Positions 17,328 through 25,694 of a DNA stretch of 64,000 nt are shown piece after piece. The notes beneath the pieces are model-generated. The model did not search any database. It was not told the origin of the DNA and saw nothing but the letters and a program-made list of their open reading frames with translations. This DNA comes from a virus, in the IMG/VR virus record IMGVR_UViG_3300044490_000250, positions 1 to 64,000 of that record, one strand, 5' to 3'. Made by a program: the position numbers and the translations under genes. Within the stretch, counting starts at the first letter, position 1. Each line of letters starts with the position of its first letter.

Positions 17328-17606
17328 GTGCCAGTGCGCGTGGTGGTCGGGATGTGCGCGGTGTTCCTGCTGATGGTTGTGGCCTTCGGGCTGGCGCTGA
17401 ACAACGCTGAGGTGCTTCAGCGGGAGCGGGCGCAGCACCGCCTGGACGTGCGCCCAAACGTGGCAGGAGCGTTCTCGGCTCGCTGGGAGTACCTGGACGG
17501 GAATCCGACGACCACTGTGGTCGGGGTGCTGTACCAGAACGGCGCAGTCGAATACTTCCGTGTGTCGTGGCCAGAGGAGGGCGTGGATGCCAAAGCAAGC
17601 CACTGA
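17328..17606 (+). CDS. Small membrane-anchored protein
   Basis: GGAGG RBS; N-terminal TM. Confidence 0.55.
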   Translation: MPVRVVVGMCAVFLLMVVAFGLALNNAEVLQRERAQHRLDVRPNVAGAFSARWEYLDGNPTTTVVGVLYQNGAVEYFRVSWPEEGVDAKASH

Positions 17607-18498
17607 CCAGCAGAGTGTGCTGGGAGTGCTCCTGCGGAAGGGGCGCCGCCAAGGCCTCAGTCGGGGCAGCATCGCAACCGGGGTCCCCGCCCTTGACGGG
17701 TTGTTCACCAACACGTCTGGGGATGCACTGGGTGGGTTTCCTCGTGGGACCCACTGGGTGTTCGCCGGGAAGCCGAAGATCGGCAAGAGCCTCTTTCGGA
17801 CTCACATGATCGCTGGCTGCCAGCGCCAAGGGCTGCGTGTGGCGCTGGTCGCCAGCGAGCGGGATGTGACCACGACAGGCGACGCGGCCTTGGAGGCGTT
17901 GGGGGTCGACGTGGAGGCGCTGCTACATCTCGGCGAACGTGAGGACGGCGGGATGTCCTACGTGCTGGAGGACACCCTGGGGGCTGTCGCTCAAGCCGCT
18001 CGCGCTGACCTGCTCGACGCGGTGTTCGTGGACAGTATGCCGTACCTTATCACCCGCGCGCAGGCGGAAGCGATCGTCCGCGGGGACAAGGCCAACGACG
18101 CCGACGACTACCTGAGCCGGCAGGCCAGGGCGTCGCAAGCGGCCGTGCTGGGGCAGTGGCTTCCAGGCATCGCGGGGGTGTGCGCGGACTACGGCGTCTC
18201 GCTGTTCATGGTGACCCACTACCACGAGAAGCCCGACGCTCAGCCCTACACCGACCCCCGCTACCTGACTGGAGGGTACGCGTTTCAGCATGTGGCCAGC
18301 GGCATCTTCTGGGTGAACAAGTGGCCGAAGAGCGAACTGAGAAAGGCTGAGAAGGAGGTGGCCGACAACCACTGGTTCTTCAAGCTGCAACTGAAGGAGT
18401 CGCGACTCAGCCCCAAGGTGGGCGAGGAGATCAAAGTAGCGCTCCCACTAAACTGCCCGCTGTGGGAGAGCACACTATATCAGCAAGGAGCAGACTGA
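17587..18498 (+). CDS. recA: RecA/UvsX-like recombinase
   Basis: IATGVPALD..GGFPRG..FAGKPKIGKS, SE, VFVDS, TGGYAFQHVAS. Confidence 0.85.
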   Translation: MPKQATDQQSVLGVLLRKGRRQGLSRGSIATGVPALDGLFTNTSGDALGGFPRGTHWVFAGKPKIGKSLFRTHMIAGCQRQGLRVALVASERDVTTTGDAALEALGVDVEALLHLGEREDGGMSYVLEDTLGAVAQAARADLLDAVFVDSMPYLITRAQAEAIVRGDKANDADDYLSRQARASQAAVLGQWLPGIAGVCADYGVSLFMVTHYHEKPDAQPYTDPRYLTGGYAFQHVASGIFWVNKWPKSELRKAEKEVADNHWFFKLQLKESRLSPKVGEEIKVALPLNCPLWESTLYQQGAD

Positions 18499-18695
18499 TG
18501 GTCAAGGTCGGAGACACAGTCGTCATCAACGGCAAGACGATGGAAGTCACGAAGGTGCACTGCGTCGACCTAGAGGACGGTCAGGTGGAGGCGCGGGCCG
18601 TGCTGGACAACCGCCGCGGGCGCCCGATGGCGGGGCGAGGGGCCACCGCGCAGAAGGCGATGGGGGCACTGACCCAGCGGCTGGGCCTCAAGTGA
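18498..18695 (+). CDS. Small hypothetical protein
   Basis: AAGGAG RBS; TGATG coupling. Confidence 0.6.
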   Translation: MVKVGDTVVINGKTMEVTKVHCVDLEDGQVEARAVLDNRRGRPMAGRGATAQKAMGALTQRLGLK

Positions 18696-18704
18696 CCACG
18701 CTGA

Positions 18705-18734
18705 GAGAGTGGGCCCCCCTCAGGGCCCACTCTC
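18705..18734 (+). terminator. 12-bp hairpin
   Basis: GAGAGTGGGCCC-ccctca-GGGCCCACTCTC after a stop codon; no U-tract. Confidence 0.5.
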
Positions 18735-18749
18735 CACTGGAGCGCGCCT

Positions 18750-19397
18750 GTGCTGACCCCCGAGGCCTTCGTTGAACGCTGCCAGCAGGAGTACAGGGGC
18801 TCCCCCGCAGAGGCTTACGTGCGGGCCCGAGGATGCTACGACGAGCAGCAGTTCGGCTACGCGGGCGCGTGGGCGCCAGGGCAGTGGGCTGAGCGGCTGG
18901 TTCTCCCGTTACTGCACCCCTACCACGCTGAACTTGTCACCGTGACCGGACGCACCATCGATGCTGCCGACAGCCGCCAGAAATACTACATGGCGCAGGG
19001 TACGAAGAAGCAGCGGGTGATCTACGGCCGGCCCCGCCCACAACGTCTATCTGGTCCTGTGGTGGTTGTCGAGGGCCAGCTAGACGTGTGGGCCCTGGAA
19101 GCACTGGGCATCCCAGCCTACGCGGTGCTGGGAGCCACCAGCGCCGCCAACGCCAACGCGCCTCGCTGCCTCATCACTCCGTGGCAGGCGGGGTTGCTGC
19201 GCCGCATCACCGACACCGTCATCGTCTGGCCAGACCAGGACGTGTTCGCCACGACTGCGCCCATCTGGGAGCGTGATCTGCAGAAATCCGGACTGCGCGT
19301 CTTGCGCTGGAGCTACCCCGATGCGGGGGGAGACCCCGATACGACGGCTCAGCGCCACGGGGCTGACCTACAGGCTGCCTACCGGAGGTTGCTGTGA
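18750..19397 (+). CDS. DnaG-type primase catalytic core (TOPRIM), lacking Zn finger
   Basis: YVRARG, RLVLP, TGRTI, KYY, VVVVEGQLD, WPDQD, GDPD. Confidence 0.85.
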   Translation: MLTPEAFVERCQQEYRGSPAEAYVRARGCYDEQQFGYAGAWAPGQWAERLVLPLLHPYHAELVTVTGRTIDAADSRQKYYMAQGTKKQRVIYGRPRPQRLSGPVVVVEGQLDVWALEALGIPAYAVLGATSAANANAPRCLITPWQAGLLRRITDTVIVWPDQDVFATTAPIWERDLQKSGLRVLRWSYPDAGGDPDTTAQRHGADLQAAYRRLL

Positions 19398-19735
19398 CCC
19401 GCTATGTCTACTTTCACGATGTGTGGCTCGACCGCCGTTTGTTGACCGTCCACCGCGCGATGCTCATGCTTTGGGGGTCGGCCACTGCGCTGTTTGTTCA
19501 GTCCCAGCTACTCAACATCCGTGTCTCCCAGATCGAAGGGAAGCCCACCAACGTGTCGGTGGGGTTCGTGGGAGGCGGCTACGATGTGGCAGGCGAGCTG
19601 CACCTTGACAACCCAGACCCCAACGTGGTAACCTGCGCTCAGGCGACTTGGCGCAAGCACGGGGAGCAGCACCAGCTGCTGCTGTGCGGCCCCATCATTC
19701 GACGCGCCCCGGGGGAGAGACGTAGTGGCAGCTAA
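19394..19735 (+). CDS. Hypothetical protein
   Basis: GTGA overlap; 113 aa. Confidence 0.55.
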   Translation: MTRYVYFHDVWLDRRLLTVHRAMLMLWGSATALFVQSQLLNIRVSQIEGKPTNVSVGFVGGGYDVAGELHLDNPDPNVVTCAQATWRKHGEQHQLLLCGPIIRRAPGERRSGS

Positions 19736-20954
19736 ACTCCAGCGCTTGACGGCGAGTAACCTGGGTCCCTACGAGCAGCTCGACGTTCCGCTTGGGGAGG
19801 GCCTGACCGCGGTACTAGGCGCGAACATGGCGGGGAAGACGTGGTTGCAGATCGCCGCCCGGGAAGTCCTGCTCAACGACGGCCGAAGCTACGAGCGGCT
19901 GGCGCACACCCCGGGCGCTCCGGTGGAGATGGGGCTTGAGTTCGACAACGGCCTGCGGGTCGTGAGGCGGCGCACTGGACGGCAAGACAAGGACGGCCGG
20001 TGGACCACCGCCAAGAACGAGATAGAGGTCTGGGCCCCAGACGGGCAGCACCTGCAGCTGAGCCCAGGGCAGGGCCCCAACGGTACGGTCACTGAGCTCA
20101 CGGGCGTGGACGTGCAGGTGTTGGCGAAGGACTGGAAGGACTGCTTGACCTTCCAGGGCGCCAACGACCCCAAGTTCTTGCTGGCCGAGGGAGCGGGGCG
20201 GCAGGAAAGCGCGTTGGCCAGGGTGATGGGCGTGGACGTACTCGAAGCGGCCAGTGACATCCTGAGCACCCAGCTAACCGCAGCCCGGCGTAAAGAAGGG
20301 GCAGTCCGCGAACAGGTCAAGGCGCTGCAGACACAGTTGGAACCGTTGGCTGTCCTGGACGACGCGGAAGTCTTCGTCGTTGAGGCGGAGCGGCAGGAGC
20401 AGCTGGTCCACCAGCTGTCGCAGGACTTGGAATGGGCGGTCCCCCGCGTAGCTGCGTGGGAAGCCGGCGGCGTATGGGTGCGCCGCGCTCGCGCCGCGCT
20501 GAGCGACGTGAAGGTGGTCGAAGTCGGCCCGTTGATGGAGCAGCAGCGGGAGGTGGCTCAGGCCAGAGCCAAGGTCGCCGAGGTGCAGAGCGGGCGTGCT
20601 GCGCTCGAACAGCTACGTCTGGTCTCCCAGGTGGCTGTGCCCCAGCCGATACCGACTGACTCCACCCTCCCAGCCGCGCGTCGGCACTGCGCCGCGGCCG
20701 AGAGCGTCGGCCGCTTCCGTGGTTTCGTGGAAGCGGCGGGTGCCGTGCTGAGCGGGGTGCCTCCCCTGGTCGACGAGACGGCGAGCGGGGCGCAGCACGC
20801 CCTGTCGTTGGCGGCGCTCCGGCAGGCAGAGGTGGACGTGGAACAGACGGAGCGCGCGCTGTCCCAGACGAGGCGCAGACACACTCAGGCGCTGGTCGAC
20901 CTTGGTACTTGCCCGACGTGTGGGCAGGCCACGGCGCCGATGGTTGAGGTGTGA
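19725..20954 (+). CDS. Rad50/SbcC-like ATPase, N-terminal half with Zn hook
   Basis: NLGPY, GLTAVLGANMAGKT (Walker A), Q-loop FQG, coiled coil, terminal CPTCGQ. Confidence 0.85.
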   Translation: MAAKLQRLTASNLGPYEQLDVPLGEGLTAVLGANMAGKTWLQIAAREVLLNDGRSYERLAHTPGAPVEMGLEFDNGLRVVRRRTGRQDKDGRWTTAKNEIEVWAPDGQHLQLSPGQGPNGTVTELTGVDVQVLAKDWKDCLTFQGANDPKFLLAEGAGRQESALARVMGVDVLEAASDILSTQLTAARRKEGAVREQVKALQTQLEPLAVLDDAEVFVVEAERQEQLVHQLSQDLEWAVPRVAAWEAGGVWVRRARAALSDVKVVEVGPLMEQQREVAQARAKVAEVQSGRAALEQLRLVSQVAVPQPIPTDSTLPAARRHCAAAESVGRFRGFVEAAGAVLSGVPPLVDETASGAQHALSLAALRQAEVDVEQTERALSQTRRRHTQALVDLGTCPTCGQATAPMVEV

Positions 20955-20957
20955 TCG

Positions 20958-21953
20958 ATGCCCACCTTCGTAGGCATCACCGACATCCACATGGCTCAGC
21001 GACTGAGTCGCTACCGCCCGAACGCCGCAGGCGACATCATAGCGAAGGTGAGCTACGCCGCCCACCGCGCCTACGAACTGGACGCGGCCTTGCTGTGCGC
21101 CGGGGATTGGTTCCACCGCGCCGACTGCTCATTCGGTACGGTCAGCCGACTCGCGGATGTTGTTGCGGGGGTCCCAAACCACGTAGTGGGGGTTACAGGG
21201 CAGCACGATCTCCCGGATCATGGGGACTGGCGCAGAGGACCCACGTACTCGATGTCATGGCGCGTCGGTCCTGGGGGTTTAACTGGAGACCCAATTCCGT
21301 CGATTCTAAGACTGGGTTCTCCACACGGACTGTCGGGTTGGCCATCCTTTTTGCTCCTGCCTTACGGGGCCCCGCTCACGCCAGAGGCCCTCGCTGACGC
21401 AGCCTTCGCGATGCCAGAGCGTGCGGGATGTTCGGTGGACTACGGTGTCGGTATCATCATCGTCCACGCCATGCTGACGCCCAAGCCGGTGGCGTTCGAC
21501 CACATCCTGCTGAGCGACTTTGAGCAGCGGTTGCCCCAGGACGGCCGAGAACGCGTGGTGTTCAGTGGCGATCTTCACAACGGGTACGACGTGCAGAAGA
21601 TCAACGATACGTGGTTTTGCAACCCTGGGGCTCTCACCCGCACCAGCCGCGATGACGCCCAGCGCCAACCTCAGTTGCTGGTGCTGGAGTGGAGCAACGG
21701 GGTCCAGAACCTGTGGTACGAGCCCGTGCCATGCCGGCCCGCCGAGGAGGCGTTTGACATGGAGGGGTACGGCGTGGAGCAGGAGTCGCCGGTTGAGCGA
21801 GACTCCGAGTTCGCCGCGGCGCTGCAGCAGCTGGGAGAGCGCGCGGCGGCCGGCATGGAACTCTCGATGGCCAGCCTGGACGTGTCCGAAGAGGTACGTG
21901 ACGCGATCGAGGCAGCGCTCGGTGTCGCCCGGGAACGGCTCGGGTACAAGTAG
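20958..21953 (+). CDS. Mre11/SbcD-like nuclease
   Basis: TDIH, AGDWFH, GQHD, VHAM, SGDLH, NPGAL.R. Confidence 0.88.
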   Translation: MPTFVGITDIHMAQRLSRYRPNAAGDIIAKVSYAAHRAYELDAALLCAGDWFHRADCSFGTVSRLADVVAGVPNHVVGVTGQHDLPDHGDWRRGPTYSMSWRVGPGGLTGDPIPSILRLGSPHGLSGWPSFLLLPYGAPLTPEALADAAFAMPERAGCSVDYGVGIIIVHAMLTPKPVAFDHILLSDFEQRLPQDGRERVVFSGDLHNGYDVQKINDTWFCNPGALTRTSRDDAQRQPQLLVLEWSNGVQNLWYEPVPCRPAEEAFDMEGYGVEQESPVERDSEFAAALQQLGERAAAGMELSMASLDVSEEVRDAIEAALGVARERLGYK

Positions 21954-21994
21954 CGGGGCCGGTCAGGCCCCGTAGAAGAAGAAGGAGACCCCTG

Positions 21995-22282
21995 ATGGGC
22001 TCGGTCGATCTCAACGCCATCAACCAAGAGGCGGAACAGTTGCAGCGGCGCCTGGGGGCGCTGCAGGCTACGCTGAAAGAGCGGGAACGCCAGCACCAAG
22101 AGCTGGAGGAGCACCTGCGCGCGGCCGGCTACCCGGTGGACAGCGGACCGGAGGCCGTCGCGGCCGAATGCGCGCGCCGTGAGCAGCAACTCGAAGCCGC
22201 AGCGCAGGCCGCACAGGAGGCCAACCGCAGGGCGGCGCTGTTGCTAGATCAGGCTGAGGGGAAGGTGGAGATTGCTGTCTAA
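21995..22282 (+). CDS. Short coiled-coil protein
   Basis: AAGGAG RBS; heptad-rich; overlaps the next gene. Confidence 0.65.
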   Translation: MGSVDLNAINQEAEQLQRRLGALQATLKERERQHQELEEHLRAAGYPVDSGPEAVAAECARREQQLEAAAQAAQEANRRAALLLDQAEGKVEIAV

Positions 22283-22892
22283 CGCGCGTCAGCGACTTTC
22301 GCTACTGCAGGGCAGCCGAGCCACGCTGCGGGGGCAGCTGGCCGCCGCTGAGGCGCAGTTGGCTGCGATCGACACCGAGACCCGCGTGGGGGCGGAGGCG
22401 CTCCGTGTGGTGGAGGAGCTGGCGCAGGGCACCCGCCAGACGACGGGGCAGAGCGTCAGTGCGCTTTGCACCAGCGCCATGCGTGACGTGTTCGGGGACA
22501 CCGCCGGCTGCTCCTTGCGCTGGGTTCCGGTCGGGTCACGGGGGGAGTACCAACCTCAGTTCCTCAGCTGGGATCGGGACGGTGTGGCCCAGGACCCACT
22601 GGACGGCAACGGCAACAGCGCGGCGTGTATCATCGCGCTCGCCCTGCGTGTGTGGTTCCTCGTAAGGATGGGTGGCCCCCGTCTGCTGTGGTTGGACGAG
22701 CCGTTGGCTGGCGTCAGCATCGAGAACCAGCCAAGGGCGGTGAGCTGGCTGCGGCAGTTGGCCGAGGACCTCGACATCCAGATCGTGCTGGTGTCGCATA
22801 CCGATCCCGAGGTGATGCGGGCCTCCTCCAACCAAGTGCTGGAGGTCACTCGTCAAGGGCTTGTCAGTGAGGTGCGCCTTGTCGAAAACTGA
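22272..22892 (+). CDS. Rad50/SbcC-like ATPase, C-terminal half
   Basis: Coiled coil, degenerate signature NGNS, ALALR, Walker B LWLDEP, H-loop LVSH. Confidence 0.85.
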   Translation: MLSNARQRLSLLQGSRATLRGQLAAAEAQLAAIDTETRVGAEALRVVEELAQGTRQTTGQSVSALCTSAMRDVFGDTAGCSLRWVPVGSRGEYQPQFLSWDRDGVAQDPLDGNGNSAACIIALALRVWFLVRMGGPRLLWLDEPLAGVSIENQPRAVSWLRQLAEDLDIQIVLVSHTDPEVMRASSNQVLEVTRQGLVSEVRLVEN

Positions 22893-22896
22893 GCGG

Positions 22897-23277
22897 ATGG
22901 TCATGCGGCTGGTTGGGGAGTGGAAGGAGCGCCTGGGGCTGGTGGGGTGGGAGGTGCAGGTGTTCTTCATCAACGACCGGTACATCGAAGTAGATGAGGA
23001 AGGGTTGACGGTGCAGGCCAGGGTGACGTGCCGCGCGGCGCTCAAGCATTGCTCGCTTGAGCTCGCCATGCTGGAGGTGTCAGACGAGTGCGTGCGGTGG
23101 CTGGTGTGCCATGAGATGCTGCACGTGGCCCTCACCAACCTACGCGAGGTGACGAAGACAGCGGTGCAGGAGTTGTCCCCTCAGGCGGCGTCTGTGGTGC
23201 AGCGGCTACACGATCTCCACGAGGAGGCGTTGGTTGTGACGCTCACCCACGCCTTCGAGCAAGGAGCGCCTCAATGA
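22897..23277 (+). CDS. HExxH zincin-like small protein
   Basis: LVCHEMLHV..HEE. Confidence 0.65.
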   Translation: MVMRLVGEWKERLGLVGWEVQVFFINDRYIEVDEEGLTVQARVTCRAALKHCSLELAMLEVSDECVRWLVCHEMLHVALTNLREVTKTAVQELSPQAASVVQRLHDLHEEALVVTLTHAFEQGAPQ

Positions 23278-23450
23278 GGTGTCGAGTGCAGGATGGAGGT
23301 GTTCGAGTGGACGGCGTTTCTGGGCTACTCCCCGGACAGGTCATCACGTTTACGGTGGAGGAGATCGAGATACTGGAGGAGTGCCTGCAGCAACTACAGA
23401 TCGAGGCGTTGGCCGAGATCGTGGAACTGGACGAGCTCGGTCTAGGCTGA
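23274..23450 (+). CDS. Small acidic hypothetical protein (58 aa)
   Basis: AAGGAG RBS, ATGA overlap; below the ORF-track cutoff. Confidence 0.5.
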   Translation: MRCRVQDGGVRVDGVSGLLPGQVITFTVEEIEILEECLQQLQIEALAEIVELDELGLG

Positions 23451-23510
23451 GCCGCCCCATCGCCGGCGCGCCCTCTTCCTGGGTGGGCGCCGCAGAAGGG
23501 ACAACCACAC

Positions 23511-24341
23511 ATGATGCCAGCGTTGCGGAGAGTGGCGGAGATCGCGGAGCAGGTCGCACGAGAGGGGAAGCAGCGGAAGGTTGTCACGGTCAACGGAGTG
23601 CCATTCAACACCGCGGAGCGGGGCTACTGCTTGCGGTTTGTGCGGCTGGCGCTCACGGCCGCCATCCGAGAGGTCGACCCCAGCTACGTGTTCGGCGCGC
23701 AGTGGGTGGCCGACCCAGAGTGGAGCTACTTTCCGTGGTTTGCCCAGTACGCCAGCCAGTCTTGCCAGAAGCTGCAGAAGGGCGGGGAGGGGCTGTTCGG
23801 GCACTACGGCCACATCAGCACGCCGTCACCAGGGGACATCGTGGGCTTCGAGCCGTACAGCCGACCCCCAGGCCACATCGCGATCTTCCTGGGGGGCGGT
23901 CGGATAGCGGAGAACACCAGCAGCGCAGAGCGAGGGCCGGGCACCGTCATCTCAAGCCTGGAGCACCCCACCTTGCAGGGACGAGCGCACTTCTTCCGGG
24001 TGCTGCCGCAGCAGGTGGGGGGGACGGACCTGCTGGTGGTGGGGCCTGACGGCAAGCCGATTGTCTGCGCTCCCACCGAGGAGGACGGTGTGACCACGGC
24101 CGACTTGCAGCCGTTGGTGGAGGCGCTCAACCTTCAACTGCAGGCCAGCATCGGGGTAGGGGGTTACGGGCAGATGCTAACCTCCACCGTCGTTTCCTGG
24201 ACCGCGCGCGTGCGCCTGCGCCGGTTGCTGGAGGCGTGCGGCTACGCTGTCAACTTCGTAGTCCACCCCGATGGCCGGCAGCGCATCTACGTGCAGCACA
24301 AGGAACAGAGGCTGGACATCCCGGAGGGGGCGCACCTGTAG
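23511..24341 (+). CDS. CHAP/NlpC-P60-type peptidoglycan hydrolase (probable endolysin)
   Basis: GYCLRFV, PGDIVGF, GHIAIFLG; C-terminal putative wall-binding region. Confidence 0.7.
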   Translation: MMPALRRVAEIAEQVAREGKQRKVVTVNGVPFNTAERGYCLRFVRLALTAAIREVDPSYVFGAQWVADPEWSYFPWFAQYASQSCQKLQKGGEGLFGHYGHISTPSPGDIVGFEPYSRPPGHIAIFLGGGRIAENTSSAERGPGTVISSLEHPTLQGRAHFFRVLPQQVGGTDLLVVGPDGKPIVCAPTEEDGVTTADLQPLVEALNLQLQASIGVGGYGQMLTSTVVSWTARVRLRRLLEACGYAVNFVVHPDGRQRIYVQHKEQRLDIPEGAHL

Positions 24342-24395
24342 CCCTACAACACACCGTGTTGTTGGACGAGATTGTCAACATCTGCGAACAGCGAC

Positions 24396-24426
24396 GCCCG
24401 GTAGGACCATCCTACCGGGCTTCGTT
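24396..24426. terminator. Hairpin terminator at convergence of the two arms
   Basis: GCCCGGTAGG-accat-CCTACCGGGC-TTCGTT. Confidence 0.7.
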
Positions 24427-24433
24427 ACTGGAG

Positions 24434-24516
24434 AGGGGCAGGGCCGGATTCGATACCGGCACTTGGAGTCCCCTTTCAAGAGGGGCGCGTGTCGCTGCTT
24501 TTGGACTACCTGCCCC
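24434..24516 (-). tRNA. Non-canonical tRNA-like element (Ser-UGA-type anticodon loop)
   Basis: GGGGCAGG/CCTGCCCC acceptor, T8A9-like TA, CCCCT-CTTGAAA-GGGGA arm, GCCGG-TATCGAAT-CCGGC T-arm; D-arm aberrant, no CCA. Confidence 0.6.
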
Positions 24517-24519
24517 ACG

Positions 24520-24984
24520 CTAGCTGCGCCCGGCGACCTCACGGAACTGCTCCAACGTCCACAGCCGGCCGTCAGCGGTGAGCACTAGGCTTTGCTCAAA
24601 CGCGCGTGTACCTTTCGCTACGAGACAGGCAAACGGTGAGGCCTCCTTGCAGACCGACTGGCACTGCTTGAGCGCGTCCCGCAGCACCGACAACACCCCG
24701 CCCTTGGCGCCGATCGTCTCCCAGCTGTACGCCTTCACTTCCCCGACCCACCCGTTGCCGCTGATGTCGTGCAGGGCCTCCCAGTCTCGCAGGTTCCCCC
24801 ACAGGTACCGTGATACGCGGTTCTCCACCGTCTTGCTGCGGGAGAGGGTGGACGTGCGCTTGGGGGTCACGCGGAGGCGAGGGAGCAGCGCGTCTAAGCA
24901 GCAGCGCCACACGTCGGGTTCCTCGCCACTCTTCATCCTCCGCAGCCAGTCCTCAGGGTCCCCGCCGCACCCAGGACATCTCAT
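24520..24984 (-). CDS. PD-(D/E)xK nuclease, probable Holliday junction resolvase
   Basis: SKTVENRV, HDISGNGWVGEVKA, ALKQC. Confidence 0.65.
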   Translation of the reverse strand: MRCPGCGGDPEDWLRRMKSGEEPDVWRCCLDALLPRLRVTPKRTSTLSRSKTVENRVSRYLWGNLRDWEALHDISGNGWVGEVKAYSWETIGAKGGVLSVLRDALKQCQSVCKEASPFACLVAKGTRAFEQSLVLTADGRLWTLEQFREVAGRS

Positions 24985-25019
24985 CTCGTGTGCTCCTTAT
25001 CTAAGGGCGCGCCGCTCGC

Positions 25020-25247
25020 TCACAGTCCGAGGGCCGCCTTGACATCCTCCGGCGTCGGGGTTCCGTGCTCGATGACCCACTTCGCGGCCGCCTTCGCTAG
25101 CTTCAGCGCCTTCTTGGTCGAACCCGCGTCGTAGCCCTGCGTCACCGCGTGCAGCACGAACAGCCCTGCGTCCTCGCACTGCCGTAGCATGTACTCCTGC
25201 GCGGGCTTCCGCAGCCCGTCAAGCAAGTCACTCAGCGACATCGCCAT
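25020..25247 (-). CDS. Hypothetical protein
   Basis: AAGGAGG RBS; 75 aa. Confidence 0.55.
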   Translation of the reverse strand: MAMSLSDLLDGLRKPAQEYMLRQCEDAGLFVLHAVTQGYDAGSTKKALKLAKAAAKWVIEHGTPTPEDVKAALGL

Positions 25248-25644
25248 TGACCTCCTTCTGGTGTTGGCTCTTCCTCCACGGCAGCTCGTCCAACTCCAAC
25301 GGGTGTGGGTTCTGCGGCAGTTTGTCAGCCATGCGTTTCAGATTCCCGTTCAGCACGGCCAGCCCGATGTGGGTCTCCTCCACAAATGTCTGAAGCCGTG
25401 TCTCGAAGGACCGCAGGGTTTTCCCCGTCGACTCATGCTGTTCCCGGCAGAAGGTGGTCGTCACGGTCTCGCCGTGGCTTCGCAGGCAGTCGGTCACGGC
25501 CACCTTGTCCCGCTCGATGGCCTCGATCCTCGCCATCGTTTGCGCCCGCCACACCGCCCACGACACGATCGCTCCAACAAAGCCCAGTGCGATCGTCCCC
25601 ACCGTCAGCAGGTTTCCGAGCGTTACGGTGCTGTCGAACGTCAT
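25228..25644 (-). CDS. Single-TM coiled-coil protein (holin/antiholin candidate)
   Basis: GGAGGG RBS; N-terminal TM followed by coiled coil. Confidence 0.55.
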   Translation of the reverse strand: MTFDSTVTLGNLLTVGTIALGFVGAIVSWAVWRAQTMARIEAIERDKVAVTDCLRSHGETVTTTFCREQHESTGKTLRSFETRLQTFVEETHIGLAVLNGNLKRMADKLPQNPHPLELDELPWRKSQHQKEVNGDVAE

Positions 25645-25694
25645 ACCAAACCCTCCGTGGGCGGGCGCCAGCAGGAGTCTACCTTGGATGTCAT

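Noticed and set aside
24435-24517. + strand reading as tmRNA 5' end or tRNA-Sec (GGGGCAG..GGATTCGA; TTCAA loop)
   Set aside because: No G3-U70 pair, no tag ORF and no 3' T-arm; the - strand gives the correct arm order.
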